From a virus (lineage: Duplodnaviria; Caudoviricetes), in the IMG/VR virus record IMGVR_UViG_3300037440_000199, positions 1-49,248 of that record: a stretch of 49,248 nucleotides of DNA; one strand, written 5' to 3'. Positions 33,840 to 43,006 of the stretch are shown piece by piece (positions within the stretch are counted from its first letter, which is position 1; every line of letters starts with the position of its first letter). The position numbers were made by a program, and so were the translations under genes. Under the pieces are notes generated by a model, which worked only from the letters and a program-made list of their open reading frames with translations, did not search any database and was not told the DNA's origin.

Positions 33840-34075
33840 TTCGTCTCCCCTTTGCCGAAGACACTCGGAATGAGATTGGAAATCGCCCCGAAGCCGACGC
33901 CGGCGAGCACGCCGCCGGAGATCATGAAGGCCCACGAGAGCGCGCTGGCGTGCAGCGAGTTGTCGGCCTTGCCGTAGAGCAGGAGCCACCACACCACGCC
34001 GCCGGTGAAGCCGAGCGCCGCCCACGCGAAGGCGATGCGCCACGAGGTGTTGACGGGCTCGGGGGTGTCGGTCAC
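33836..34075 (-). CDS. holin-like two-TM protein
   Basis: 79 aa, two hydrophobic helices, downstream of the spanins. Confidence 0.6.
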   Translation of the reverse strand: MTDTPEPVNTSWRIAFAWAALGFTGGVVWWLLLYGKADNSLHASALSWAFMISGGVLAGVGFGAISNLIPSVFGKGETK

Positions 34076-34221
34076 GGTTTCTCCGGTCTTAAGTGATGCC
34101 ACTTCACGGTCCCGTAGATGCCGTCGTCCCACGTCACGAAGGCGTCGCCGTCTGACAGGAACTCGTCGGCCACGCCCGTCCGGCCGTTGATGGTGTAGCG
34201 GACTCGGTCGCCGGCGCTCAT
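34072..34221 (-). CDS. 49-aa SH3-like hypothetical protein
   Basis: GDRVRY..NGRTGV...VTWDDG. Confidence 0.55.
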   Translation of the reverse strand: MSAGDRVRYTINGRTGVADEFLSDGDAFVTWDDGIYGTVKWHHLRPEKP

Positions 34222-34265
34222 GCCGTTCGCGCCGCTTAGGTGATCGGTGAAAGCCCACGGATGTG

Positions 34266-34553
34266 TCACTGAGCCAACCCCTTCGCGATGCTGTTGTAGA
34301 AGCCGAGCAGCCGACGGCCGCACTGTGATTTGGCCACCTCGGATCGCTTGAGTTCGGCGATCAGCCGCACGACCGCCTTGCGGTTCAGCGGACCCGGGGG
34401 CAGCTTCACGTACTTGGCGAAGCAGGCTTCCACGCCGGCCGGCACAGCCGGTAGCCGCGTCTCAGCGCTCGGCTTCGGGCCAGATGGACCGCAGCTCATT
34501 AACGTCGCCGCCAGTAAGGCAATCGCCGTCGCTGATGCGAGTTTCGATGTCAT
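34266..34553 (-). CDS. o-spanin (Rz1-like lipoprotein)
   Basis: lipobox LMSC, Pro-rich; overlaps the i-spanin 3' end in another frame. Confidence 0.75.
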   Translation of the reverse strand: MTSKLASATAIALLAATLMSCGPSGPKPSAETRLPAVPAGVEACFAKYVKLPPGPLNRKAVVRLIAELKRSEVAKSQCGRRLLGFYNSIAKGLAQ

Positions 34554-34803
34554 TGGCTGCTTCCTTGCGCCGGTTGTCGTCTTGCTGGTCTTCGAGCGCC
34601 TGCAGGTTGTCCTTGGCCTGCGCCTGCTGGTATGTCGTCAGTTGGCGGCGGAGATCTGCCGCAATTTTCTGCTCGGCGGCCAAAGCGGTTTTCGCCGCGG
34701 CGGCGTCACAGAATGCGTCACGGGTCTTCCACCCGGCGCCGTAGACCGCGAGCACGAGCGCGCCGACTGCGATTGCTTTGACCCACCAGGGGATAAGACT
34801 CAT
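34462..34803 (-). CDS. i-spanin (Rz-like)
   Basis: N-terminal TM, coiled coil, C-terminal Cys. Confidence 0.75.
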   Translation of the reverse strand: MSLIPWWVKAIAVGALVLAVYGAGWKTRDAFCDAAAAKTALAAEQKIAADLRRQLTTYQQAQAKDNLQALEDQQDDNRRKEAANDIETRISDGDCLTGGDVNELRSIWPEAER

Positions 34804-35154
34804 TTAGCTTTCTCTCTCGCATTCGGGGCAAAAGTGATTGTGCGGATCGTCCCACTGCCACAAGGCCCCAAAGTGCGCAGCACGCCAGTCAGGGTTTCCG
34901 TCGGTAGCTTTGTACTGCGCCATGTAGAAGCCAACCGCGGCGTCAGCCGCTCTTTCGAGTTCTTGGTCGGTAAACCCACCCGAACAGGCGCTTCGTTTTA
35001 CTTGGTCGAGAATGTAAGGCGGGCGCTCGTCGTCTTTTAAGTTGGCCGGCATTCCACGAAGGGCGTCGTCCGTGCGCTGGGCTAATTGCTCGACATCCAA
35101 ATCACGGTGTGTTCGTTCTTTTCTCCGGAAGCGCCACGGGATAAGGCTACTCAT
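34804..35154 (-). CDS. hypothetical protein inserted in the lysis cassette
   Basis: 116 aa; starts MSSLIPW like the i-spanin (MSLIPW); ends FCPEC. Confidence 0.55.
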   Translation of the reverse strand: MSSLIPWRFRRKERTHRDLDVEQLAQRTDDALRGMPANLKDDERPPYILDQVKRSACSGGFTDQELERAADAAVGFYMAQYKATDGNPDWRAAHFGALWQWDDPHNHFCPECERES

Positions 35155-35945
35155 CCGATCTTCCCTCGCACCCATGAAGCAACGCGCTGACGACCGAACA
35201 GAAACAACGCGATCACGAGGGCGATCAACGCCACCACGATCGCCCCACCGATCAGCACCGCCCAAACCCATGGGTCGGTGAGAAACGCGAAGATGCTGAA
35301 CCCGCCGACGCCGCTCGCGCCGCGCCAACGGCGCTTCATCCATCCCCACGCGCCATGTTCGACCGGGGCCTCCAGAGGCTCCACATCAGGCGGCATGTGC
35401 GGCGGCACTCCCTCTGGGGGCACCTCCTCCACGTCAGGAGCGGGCAGCGCTTCCATCTCGGGCGCCGGCTCGGGTATCGGCTTCGTGGCGGGCTTGATCG
35501 GCGTCACCGGCCACCTCGCGCCTATCAGCGACGTGCGGCGGTAGCGCGCTATCGTCACTGCGTCGGACTGGTTGCCGCCGATAACCGTAAGCACGCTGCC
35601 GTTGTCCTCTAACAGCAGGCAGACGTGGCCCTGCCATGACGAATTCCCCCTTTTGAATATGAGCACGGCGCCGCGCGGGAGAGGCTTCAAAGCAGGCTTG
35701 GTGCCCCACGCCAGCCACGAGCGGGCGAGCAGCGACCGGGTGCCCTCAATGCCCGACTCGGCCATCCAGGCGTTCACAGCGGCGCTGCACCACGGGACCG
35801 AATCCTCTTTGACGCCCGAATTCTTGGCGAGCGCGTACATCTCGACGATGCGGGGGTTCGAGCCCTTGCCCGGAACCTCTTTGAGTCCGAGATCCGCAAA
35901 AGCGCGTCTCAGCCACGGTGGGTCGGTTTTGAGGACTTTGACCAT
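35151..35945 (-). CDS. endolysin, TIGR02594/NlpC-P60-like with C-terminal TM region
   Basis: PPWL..A..DLGLKE..G..SNPRI; PWCSAAVN; ARSWL.WG; GHV; GGNQSDAV. Confidence 0.85.
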   Translation of the reverse strand: MVKVLKTDPPWLRRAFADLGLKEVPGKGSNPRIVEMYALAKNSGVKEDSVPWCSAAVNAWMAESGIEGTRSLLARSWLAWGTKPALKPLPRGAVLIFKRGNSSWQGHVCLLLEDNGSVLTVIGGNQSDAVTIARYRRTSLIGARWPVTPIKPATKPIPEPAPEMEALPAPDVEEVPPEGVPPHMPPDVEPLEAPVEHGAWGWMKRRWRGASGVGGFSIFAFLTDPWVWAVLIGGAIVVALIALVIALFLFGRQRVASWVRGKIG

Positions 35946-36003
35946 GTAGGCTCCGTGATGGCTACGCTTGTCTCACTTTCCGACATTGCCGTCAAGCGGG
36001 AAA

Positions 36004-36423
36004 TTATGGGATGACTAGCCGGAGCGAGACGTTATCTACGGCGAGATTTGGCGTGGTTCCGCCGAACATGCGGAGGGTGTCGTTGCCGGTCACGGCCGTA
36101 AGGTATGACGTGTAGTCCCCGACCGCCGCTCGGTTCGTGCCGCTGATTGTCGTCCCGCCGAGCAACTGAGGGCGTACGACACCCGCAGTGTAGGCCGTGA
36201 CGGTGAACCGCACTCGGTACACGGCCCCCGGGGTGAAAGCGAACGCCTGCGCGACGCTGCCGCTCGCCGCCCCTGTGATGGTAGCGACACCGGCCGCGAT
36301 CGTGGCGTTCGTCTTGTCCCAATCGGTGTCGGCGTCAAAGCCGCCGTTGGTGAGCAGTTCGGGGCCGACATGCGACCCGTCAACCACGCCCGCGCTGGTC
36401 AGCCCTAAACCCAACCCCAGCAT
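36004..36423 (-). CDS. virion accessory protein with carbohydrate-binding-like domain
   Basis: LGLGLGL N-terminus; GPELLTNGGFD...VDNVSL. Confidence 0.65.
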   Translation of the reverse strand: MLGLGLGLTSAGVVDGSHVGPELLTNGGFDADTDWDKTNATIAAGVATITGAASGSVAQAFAFTPGAVYRVRFTVTAYTAGVVRPQLLGGTTISGTNRAAVGDYTSYLTAVTGNDTLRMFGGTTPNLAVDNVSLRLVIP

Positions 36424-36424
36424 G

Positions 36425-36661
36425 TCAATAGAGCGCCCAGATGTCGTCGGCGTCGCCGCCGGTGCGGACCTGCTTGCACGCGAGCGGGTTGTATCCGGCC
36501 TGAAGCGGCACGTCTGTGCGGATCCCGCCGCTCGCGTCCATCAGGTTGGCGGTGCCGGCCGTGCCGACCAACAGCGCACGGCAAGTGCCGCCCGGCAGGT
36601 CGCTGTTGGCCTTGGTGACCGGCACGAACTTGGCGGCCGGGTTGGTCGAGTAGATTGCCAT
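36425..36661 (-). CDS. small virion protein (spike-base-like)
   Basis: CRALLVGTAG...KQVRTGG.ADDIWALY; AAGGAG RBS. Confidence 0.65.
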   Translation of the reverse strand: MAIYSTNPAAKFVPVTKANSDLPGGTCRALLVGTAGTANLMDASGGIRTDVPLQAGYNPLACKQVRTGGDADDIWALY

Positions 36662-36695
36662 TTACTTCTCCTTTGCGTGTGGTAGGGTGCGGGGC

Positions 36696-36815
36696 ATGGC
36701 TACCCTCGAACTCGTAGGCGATCTCGGCAAAGCCCTGCTGGCGTGGGTATGGCTGGCCGCGATAGCCGGATTGGCCGTTTGGGTGCTATGGGAATGGTCA
36801 TCACTCATCTTCTGA
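36696..36815 (+). CDS. 39-aa single-TM antisense moron, probably leaderless
   Basis: MATLELVGDLGKALLAWVWLAAIAGLAVWVLWEWSSLIF; TAGGGT ends 7 nt before the ATG. Confidence 0.5.
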   Translation: MATLELVGDLGKALLAWVWLAAIAGLAVWVLWEWSSLIF

Positions 36816-39695
36816 CAACCCCCGCGCACCCTCGCCCAGCCCCAGCCGTGTATTGAGCCGGGAGTTCCACTCGGGGCTACCCACCCTGAGTTTTCGCCCC
36901 AGCAGAAGCCCCATCAATTCTGGATCGAACGCCGCTTCCTCGACGATGGCGATGAGTTCCTGCTGCTCTTTCTTGCCGACACCCGCCAGGCCGCGACGGA
37001 TACCCGCGATCTTGCCGCCGGCGTAGACCGCACCCAACTTCAACCGCAGCGCCGCCTCAAGCCCCCGGCCGATCGGCGTGTCGCGCAGGTCGTCGACGAT
37101 GTTCGTCCACTTGATCTTCTCGGCGGTGTCCGACCCCACGGTCGCGCGCAGCTGGTCGATGTTGGCGAGTTCGAGCGCGCGATGGCCGGCTCGGAGCGTG
37201 TTCATCTCTCCGGGACCGTCAAAGATCAGCGCCAATTCCCGCTCATGCTCGTTCAGCAGCTTTGACATCTTGGCCGCCGACACGGGGCCGCGGCGGTCAC
37301 CAGCGCGCAGCTTCTCGGTCGCCGTGGTGGTGGCCTTGTCGATCAAATAGTCGCGCGCTGCGGCTTTGAGCCCGTCGCGCGCAGCCGGGTTGTTCGCCGT
37401 CAGGTCGATCAGTTCGCGCAGTTGCCGCGCGCTGCTGGTCGGGTTGTTCATGATCGCCGCAACCGCTTTATCGGGATCGGCCTGCATGACGGTGCCGAGC
37501 GCGCCACGGTCGACTTCGCGCTGCGTGTTCCGCAAGTCGCGCTGCCGGGTACGAAGGGTGTCGGCGATTCGCCCGGCCACTTCCTGCCCGCGGCCGGCTT
37601 GCGCGACCATCACGGTAACCTCGTCGCGCAGCCCCGGCACCACGTCCAGGTTAGCGGCGTTCTTCTCCGACCAGCGGCGCAGGTTGGCGGCGCGCAGCGT
37701 GCCGTTCGGCCCCACGGCACCGCTCCGCGCCATGTCGGCGATCAGGTATTCGGTCGCGGCCGTGCGAGCGGCTTCGGGGTTCGCGGCCGCGTCCACGGCG
37801 GCGCGCAGCTCGGCCGACGCTTCCGGCCGATCCGGGCGCATGAACCGCCCGGCCGTTTGTGATGGGGGCGGCTCCTGTCGGCGATCGATGCTGCGAGTGA
37901 ACTTCGCCATCTCGCTCTGGCCACGCGGCCGATACGTTTCGGCAAACTCGCCGTAGCGCCGGGTGGCCTCGGCGGCCTCGGGGGCCTGTTCGACGATCCC
38001 GTTGATAGCGACGCGCAGGTTCCGGATGTTGTCGGCGAGGTCGAAGTTGCCCGCCGTCGCAGCGCGCTCGCTCGCGGTGGATAGGTATTTACGAACATCG
38101 ACAAGATCGCCAAGCGCCGCCGTACCGGGTCCGCCCACGTTCGTGTCGCGCATGACCGGACGGCCGCTCGGGTCCAAGATCGCGCTAGGCTGCTGCTGGA
38201 TATCGGGCGCCAGACGTTCCAATGCCTGAACGAACTCCGCCGGCAATTGCTCGCGCTGCGGCCCCAACTCGTTAACGGCGGCGCGCACCCGCTGCGCGGC
38301 CTCGATCGCCGGGGTGGCGTCGACTTGAACGGTACCCTCCGGGTCGATGGCGTCGAACGCCTCGTTTTTGGCGGCGCGTGCCGGGCGGTAACCTTCGTCG
38401 ACGATTTCACGGTGAAGGGTCGTGCTGGCCTCGGCCTCTCGCCCGCGGCGCGCTATGACGGGTTGCGCTTGCCGCTGTCGGATGTTCTCGACCGCGGCGC
38501 CGCCACGCTCTGCGCTGGCCACCCGGCGCTCCTGAGCGCCCACCAGTTCATCCGCTCGCGCTGTGGCGGTTTGCTGTAGCGGCGCAGCGGTCGCGCCCCT
38601 GGGGCCGACGCTGTCCACCGTGTCGCGCACGGATGTCTGGAAATTGCGGTTCTGATCGACGGCGTGGGCCGGGTTCTGTAGCCGAACCCTGTTCTCGACC
38701 GCTGCCAACCCTGGGTCTTCGGACAGCGCGGCCGGCGACGGCAAATTCTCCATGTAGGGCGAAAGCTCGCGCTGATTCTGGACCATCCGTTCGCGGGCTT
38801 GCGGCGACGTGGCCGCCCCCTGCATGATGTCCGCGGCGCGGTCGACCGTGCCGCTCTTGACCGGAGGCCGCATCGGGTTGCCTTCGCGCATACGCGCGGT
38901 CACGTTGGGGTCAACGTCGAACCCCGTCACCCGTCGGAGCAACGCGCCTAAACCGCGGACCAACGCTTCCGCCACGCCAAGAACGCCCGCGCCACCTACA
39001 CCCCCTGCAAGAGCGCCGCCGGCTGACGCCAGAGGGCTATCCGGTGCGTACTCGTCCGCGATGGTGACACCAGCGCCCGCGCCTGCGCCGGCCGCCAAGT
39101 CTCCCGCGATGGTGCGCCCTGCGCTCGGCCCCATGTAGGGCCGCAGCAAATTGTCCATGCGAGTGCCGACCGCGCCAGCGGCGATCTCCGGGGCGCGCGT
39201 GATAGCCGCGCGGGCAAGCGTAGGTGCCGAAATCGCGGCCTGCGTGCCGAAGCGGTTGACGTTATACGCCAGCTTCTCGGCGTCGGTCATCATGCTCTCG
39301 GGCGTCGTCGTGACGCCGGCCGCCTCACCGATACCGGTTGCGGTCTTCTTGAGTTCGTCGGACGCTAACGGAAACCGATAGCCGATCTCGGGGCCGCCAA
39401 CTTTCTGGGACAGCCAATCTGCGCCGGCGAGCCCCGCGTTGACCGCCGTGTTGGTCATGTCGGGCAGAAAGCCCGCGAGCTCCGCCGCGCCAGCGCCAGC
39501 GCCCTGCACACCGACGTTGAGATTTCCGCGCTGGCCGCGCACGACAGCAGCGTCGGTGTCGATGGGGCCGGCGAAGCCCGATTCGTCGAAACCTTGCTGG
39601 GGCGACTGGCCGCCGAGCATGGACGCGATCTCGGTGTCCGTGGCGTCGTCGGGGAACTCGTACTGCTGCCCCTCGAACTCAACCGTCTGCGGCAT
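36801..39695 (-). CDS. large internal virion (DNA ejection) protein
   Basis: 964 aa, Ala/Gly-rich; N-terminal VEFEGQQYEFPDDAT; last gene of the ejection cluster. Confidence 0.7.
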   Translation of the reverse strand: MPQTVEFEGQQYEFPDDATDTEIASMLGGQSPQQGFDESGFAGPIDTDAAVVRGQRGNLNVGVQGAGAGAAELAGFLPDMTNTAVNAGLAGADWLSQKVGGPEIGYRFPLASDELKKTATGIGEAAGVTTTPESMMTDAEKLAYNVNRFGTQAAISAPTLARAAITRAPEIAAGAVGTRMDNLLRPYMGPSAGRTIAGDLAAGAGAGAGVTIADEYAPDSPLASAGGALAGGVGGAGVLGVAEALVRGLGALLRRVTGFDVDPNVTARMREGNPMRPPVKSGTVDRAADIMQGAATSPQARERMVQNQRELSPYMENLPSPAALSEDPGLAAVENRVRLQNPAHAVDQNRNFQTSVRDTVDSVGPRGATAAPLQQTATARADELVGAQERRVASAERGGAAVENIRQRQAQPVIARRGREAEASTTLHREIVDEGYRPARAAKNEAFDAIDPEGTVQVDATPAIEAAQRVRAAVNELGPQREQLPAEFVQALERLAPDIQQQPSAILDPSGRPVMRDTNVGGPGTAALGDLVDVRKYLSTASERAATAGNFDLADNIRNLRVAINGIVEQAPEAAEATRRYGEFAETYRPRGQSEMAKFTRSIDRRQEPPPSQTAGRFMRPDRPEASAELRAAVDAAANPEAARTAATEYLIADMARSGAVGPNGTLRAANLRRWSEKNAANLDVVPGLRDEVTVMVAQAGRGQEVAGRIADTLRTRQRDLRNTQREVDRGALGTVMQADPDKAVAAIMNNPTSSARQLRELIDLTANNPAARDGLKAAARDYLIDKATTTATEKLRAGDRRGPVSAAKMSKLLNEHERELALIFDGPGEMNTLRAGHRALELANIDQLRATVGSDTAEKIKWTNIVDDLRDTPIGRGLEAALRLKLGAVYAGGKIAGIRRGLAGVGKKEQQELIAIVEEAAFDPELMGLLLGRKLRVGSPEWNSRLNTRLGLGEGARGLSEDE

Positions 39696-41044
39696 TACTG
39701 CACCCGCCGCAATTGCCCGTCAGGACCACGCTCGAATCGCTTCACAGCACTCGAGGCCGCCGGCGTCATCGGGGCGTCGAGGCCGGGTACGGCCCCTTCC
39801 GCCGCGGGAAGGTTCGGATACATCCGCCGGGTTTCTTCTTCCCGGATGCCGTGCAGCGTGACGAGACGATTTTTCAGATCATCCAAGACCGCGACACGGG
39901 AGTTCGGGTCCATCGACCCTCCGACGATACGTTGTGCGTCGGCGATGTCGTGTTGGGTGATTCGACCCTGCGGGTCTTTGGCCTTGGCGATGACATACGC
40001 TGTGTCCATAAGCTGCGACGCAAGAACATCCGCACTGATGCCCAGTTGCGACGCCCGCGGCGCGAGCGACATGGCAGCCTGCTTCGCCGACGCCAGCACA
40101 CCCGGGTCGGACGATTCAACCATGAACGTCGGGGCGCCCACTTCCGTGGCGATGGCGTCGTACTGTGCGCGCAGGCCGTTGAACAGGCTCGCCGCGCCCC
40201 CAAGCGGGCCAATCTGCGCGCCCGCGTCGGGCTGCTGTAGCGTCGTCTGCATACGCTCGATCATCCCCACAGCGTTGCGGACATTGGTGCGCGATTCGAT
40301 GAGTTGCCGAACGACCGTCTTGTCGCCTGATACGCCCACGTCCTGCGCCGCCCCCTGTGCGTTGGCGATATACTGGCCAGGAGTAGTGCCGGGGACAGGC
40401 TCCATTGCGCCTGTCTCTGGATTTGTGCGCGAAATCTGTGGCGGTCCCCCGGGTGAAGCGATGTTTTGCGGGGTGGCGTACTTGAGATTCGCCCCGACCA
40501 CCTCGCGCTGCTGCGCTGGCGACAGGAACGGGGTTTGGGTGTTGAGCGACCGGCCGCGTGCGTCGGCGAACGACTCTGGCGCCTGCTGCCCCACAACAGA
40601 CGACGCAGTGCCAAAGATCGGAGCTTGCCCTGGCCCCGGGATAAAGGCGGTGGGCTTCGACCCGGCGATGCGTTCGGTTGAGGCCAAAGCCCGCTGCTGG
40701 CCCATCGGCGTAGCCGACATCGGCGCATTGAACAGCATCGAGCGCGTCACGCTTGGGTCGTCGACGCTTGGCGCTCGACTGACGCCGCCGACACGACCGT
40801 ATCCCGCCAGGTCCGCGCCACTGATGCCAGCTAGCGGGCCGTAGCGCAGCATGTCTGCTACGTTGTTCGCGGCAGCGGCCTCGGAGAACAGCGGCAGGTT
40901 CGTATTTTTCTGCTGAATGCCCTGCAGCTTCCCCCTCGCCAGCGCGCCCGTCATCTGACCGGGGCCGAAGTACGCTTCGCCGAGCTTCGCGAGCGTCTTC
41001 CCGAGAGAGTTGTCGGCCGTGTAGGAACTAACGATCTGCGGCAC
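39695..41044 (-). CDS. internal virion (ejection) protein
   Basis: 449 aa, Ala/Gln/Gly-rich; synteny. Confidence 0.65.
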   Translation of the reverse strand: MPQIVSSYTADNSLGKTLAKLGEAYFGPGQMTGALARGKLQGIQQKNTNLPLFSEAAAANNVADMLRYGPLAGISGADLAGYGRVGGVSRAPSVDDPSVTRSMLFNAPMSATPMGQQRALASTERIAGSKPTAFIPGPGQAPIFGTASSVVGQQAPESFADARGRSLNTQTPFLSPAQQREVVGANLKYATPQNIASPGGPPQISRTNPETGAMEPVPGTTPGQYIANAQGAAQDVGVSGDKTVVRQLIESRTNVRNAVGMIERMQTTLQQPDAGAQIGPLGGAASLFNGLRAQYDAIATEVGAPTFMVESSDPGVLASAKQAAMSLAPRASQLGISADVLASQLMDTAYVIAKAKDPQGRITQHDIADAQRIVGGSMDPNSRVAVLDDLKNRLVTLHGIREEETRRMYPNLPAAEGAVPGLDAPMTPAASSAVKRFERGPDGQLRRVQ

Positions 41045-41047
41045 CCA

Positions 41048-41770
41048 TCACCCCCACGGGAACGCGGTGGACGCGCCCCACCACGGAGCGGCCGGCGCCG
41101 CGGTCGACACCGCATGGCCTAGCGCCTTGGGTGCGCCGAACACTGCCGGGTTCATGCCCCCCGCCGCCATGCCGCCGATCGAGCCGAGCCCCTGCAAGAG
41201 CGGCCCGAGCCCCGACGGCGGCTTACGGTTCGCGTAGCCCACCAGGTCTTGCTCCAACGGCAGCATCGAGGTGTTGGCGCGTGAGAAGTTGTTAAACGTA
41301 TCGATCATCCGGCCGGGCTGGAGCATCGCGCGGTCATTCTGGCCCCATGTGTCGCCGTAGGCCGAGAACTTGCCTTTCGCCTTCGCCTCGTCGGTGGCGT
41401 CGGTGAACGCGCTCAGCATCCGTTGGGCGATCTGGCTCTTGACGATCGACGGCGCGTTGCCGGAAAGCGGGATCGCGCCGGCGTCGGCCGGCTGGGCGTT
41501 GGTGTCGATGGCTTGGGAGCGCTGCTCGACGTTCTCGGCCTGCTTGGCAGTCTGCTTCGTCTCGTCGAGCTCGCCACGGGCCTTCGCCGCCTGCTCCTGG
41601 TTCTGCGCGTGGAGGTTCCGCTGCCGCTCCATGTACTGTTCGAGCACACGGTTGCGGGCTGCGGCCTCGTTGGCGGCGGAGCTCTGGGCCTCGGACTGGG
41701 AGAGCACACCACCGCCAACCGACGCGGCGGTGCTGGCGAGCAGGATGCCGGCTGTGACTGGATCGCACAT
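41048..41770 (-). CDS. internal virion protein (gp14-like)
   Basis: MCDPVT followed by a hydrophobic Ala/Gly helix and Gln-rich coil. Confidence 0.7.
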   Translation of the reverse strand: MCDPVTAGILLASTAASVGGGVLSQSEAQSSAANEAAARNRVLEQYMERQRNLHAQNQEQAAKARGELDETKQTAKQAENVEQRSQAIDTNAQPADAGAIPLSGNAPSIVKSQIAQRMLSAFTDATDEAKAKGKFSAYGDTWGQNDRAMLQPGRMIDTFNNFSRANTSMLPLEQDLVGYANRKPPSGLGPLLQGLGSIGGMAAGGMNPAVFGAPKALGHAVSTAAPAAPWWGASTAFPWG

Positions 41771-42405
41771 TAGCTGTACACCGCCGAGCTGCCGCCACCC
41801 GAAGTCGGCGCGAAGAAGTTCCTGACGCGCCCGCCGGATGGGTTGTACGCATCGGCGCGAGCAAAGTTGGCGAACGGCGCCAACACGTTGGCGAACAGGT
41901 CACCAAGCTGTGAAGTCGATTGCGGGGGTGTCAGCGCGGTCGTCTGACCGAGCGCCTGCGCGGCGATCATCTTGGGATCGGCGGCCGCCTGGTTAAGCGA
42001 GTAGAGGTTCGACTTCGACTTCTCGACCCGGTCCCGGAACGCATTCTCGGCGTCGAAGGCTTCGTTGGTAGCCCGGCCTGTCGCCTCGGTGCGGGTACGC
42101 TCAAGGTCGCCGAAAGCGTTGCCGGCGATCGAGCTATTCAGCACACCGCGATCCGCCAGCAAGGCGGACAGCTTTCCGCCGGACTTGTCGTACTGCCGCT
42201 GGATCTGCGGCGTCTGGGTGCCGAGGTAATCGCTCCGGACGCCCTGGTAGTACGGATCGTCGAACTGCCGGAAGTTGCGGTTGATCTCGTGTTGACCGGT
42301 GCGGATGTCGCCCCGGCGCTCCTTTTCCTCCTGCCGCATCCGAATGCGGTCTTGCCCAGCCTGCTGGCGCGAGGCCGCGCCTGGATCACCGAAAATGTCA
42401 CACAC
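41770..42405 (-). CDS. internal virion protein
   Basis: 211 aa; MCD start; L..RG.LNSS motif; synteny. Confidence 0.65.
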   Translation of the reverse strand: MCDIFGDPGAASRQQAGQDRIRMRQEEKERRGDIRTGQHEINRNFRQFDDPYYQGVRSDYLGTQTPQIQRQYDKSGGKLSALLADRGVLNSSIAGNAFGDLERTRTEATGRATNEAFDAENAFRDRVEKSKSNLYSLNQAAADPKMIAAQALGQTTALTPPQSTSQLGDLFANVLAPFANFARADAYNPSGGRVRNFFAPTSGGGSSAVYS

Positions 42406-42466
42406 GGGTAAATCGCCATTGGGAGTCCGGGGCGGCGATCTCCGGGGCGTACATCCGCGTGGTTAG

Positions 42467-42495
42467 AGTGTACTACGCTGAAGCCTGAGGGTCAA
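42467..42495 (-). promoter_or_regulatory. sigma70-like promoter upstream of the ejection genes
   Basis: TTGACC-17-TACACT. Confidence 0.55.
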
Positions 42496-42985
42496 CACCG
42501 CCCCAGTTTTCTACAATCGGCACAGGCTTCTCGGCCGGCTTCAGTCGGAACAACAGGGCTTGGCCGTTGTATTCGCCCATGAACTCGTAGCCGAACACCT
42601 TGTGCCACCGAACTATGTCCGGATGCCGGGAGCTGGTGTAACTGTCAAATTTAACACCGGGGTAAAAAAGCTGCAATGTTTTCATGTACTTGCGGGCGAT
42701 CAGCATGGTTCGTAGCCCGTGTTCAAAAAACGCCTGGCGGTAGCGCGTCCATGTAAATCGCGTGTACGGATCGCGATTTGCAGGGATATGACCTAAAACA
42801 GCGATCGGCTCGCCACCCCAAATGAGTGCGTCGGCCGGCCCCTGCTTGTACAACTCCCGTGTGAGCGGGAGGGCCTGCCACCACGTTTTGCCGCCCCGCA
42901 GGACTTCAGATGCCGATATTTCCGACAAATCAGCCATCACGGTGTGGATATCGGCCAGTGTGGCCTCGCGGATGTATGGCTTCAT
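42473..42985 (-). CDS. T7 gp13-like/GNAT-fold tail assembly protein
   Basis: IREATLADI...E; RWHKVFGY; follows the nozzle gene. Confidence 0.6.
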   Translation of the reverse strand: MKPYIREATLADIHTVMADLSEISASEVLRGGKTWWQALPLTRELYKQGPADALIWGGEPIAVLGHIPANRDPYTRFTWTRYRQAFFEHGLRTMLIARKYMKTLQLFYPGVKFDSYTSSRHPDIVRWHKVFGYEFMGEYNGQALLFRLKPAEKPVPIVENWGGVDPQASA

Positions 42986-43006
42986 GCGTCTCGCTATCCT
43001 ACATCC

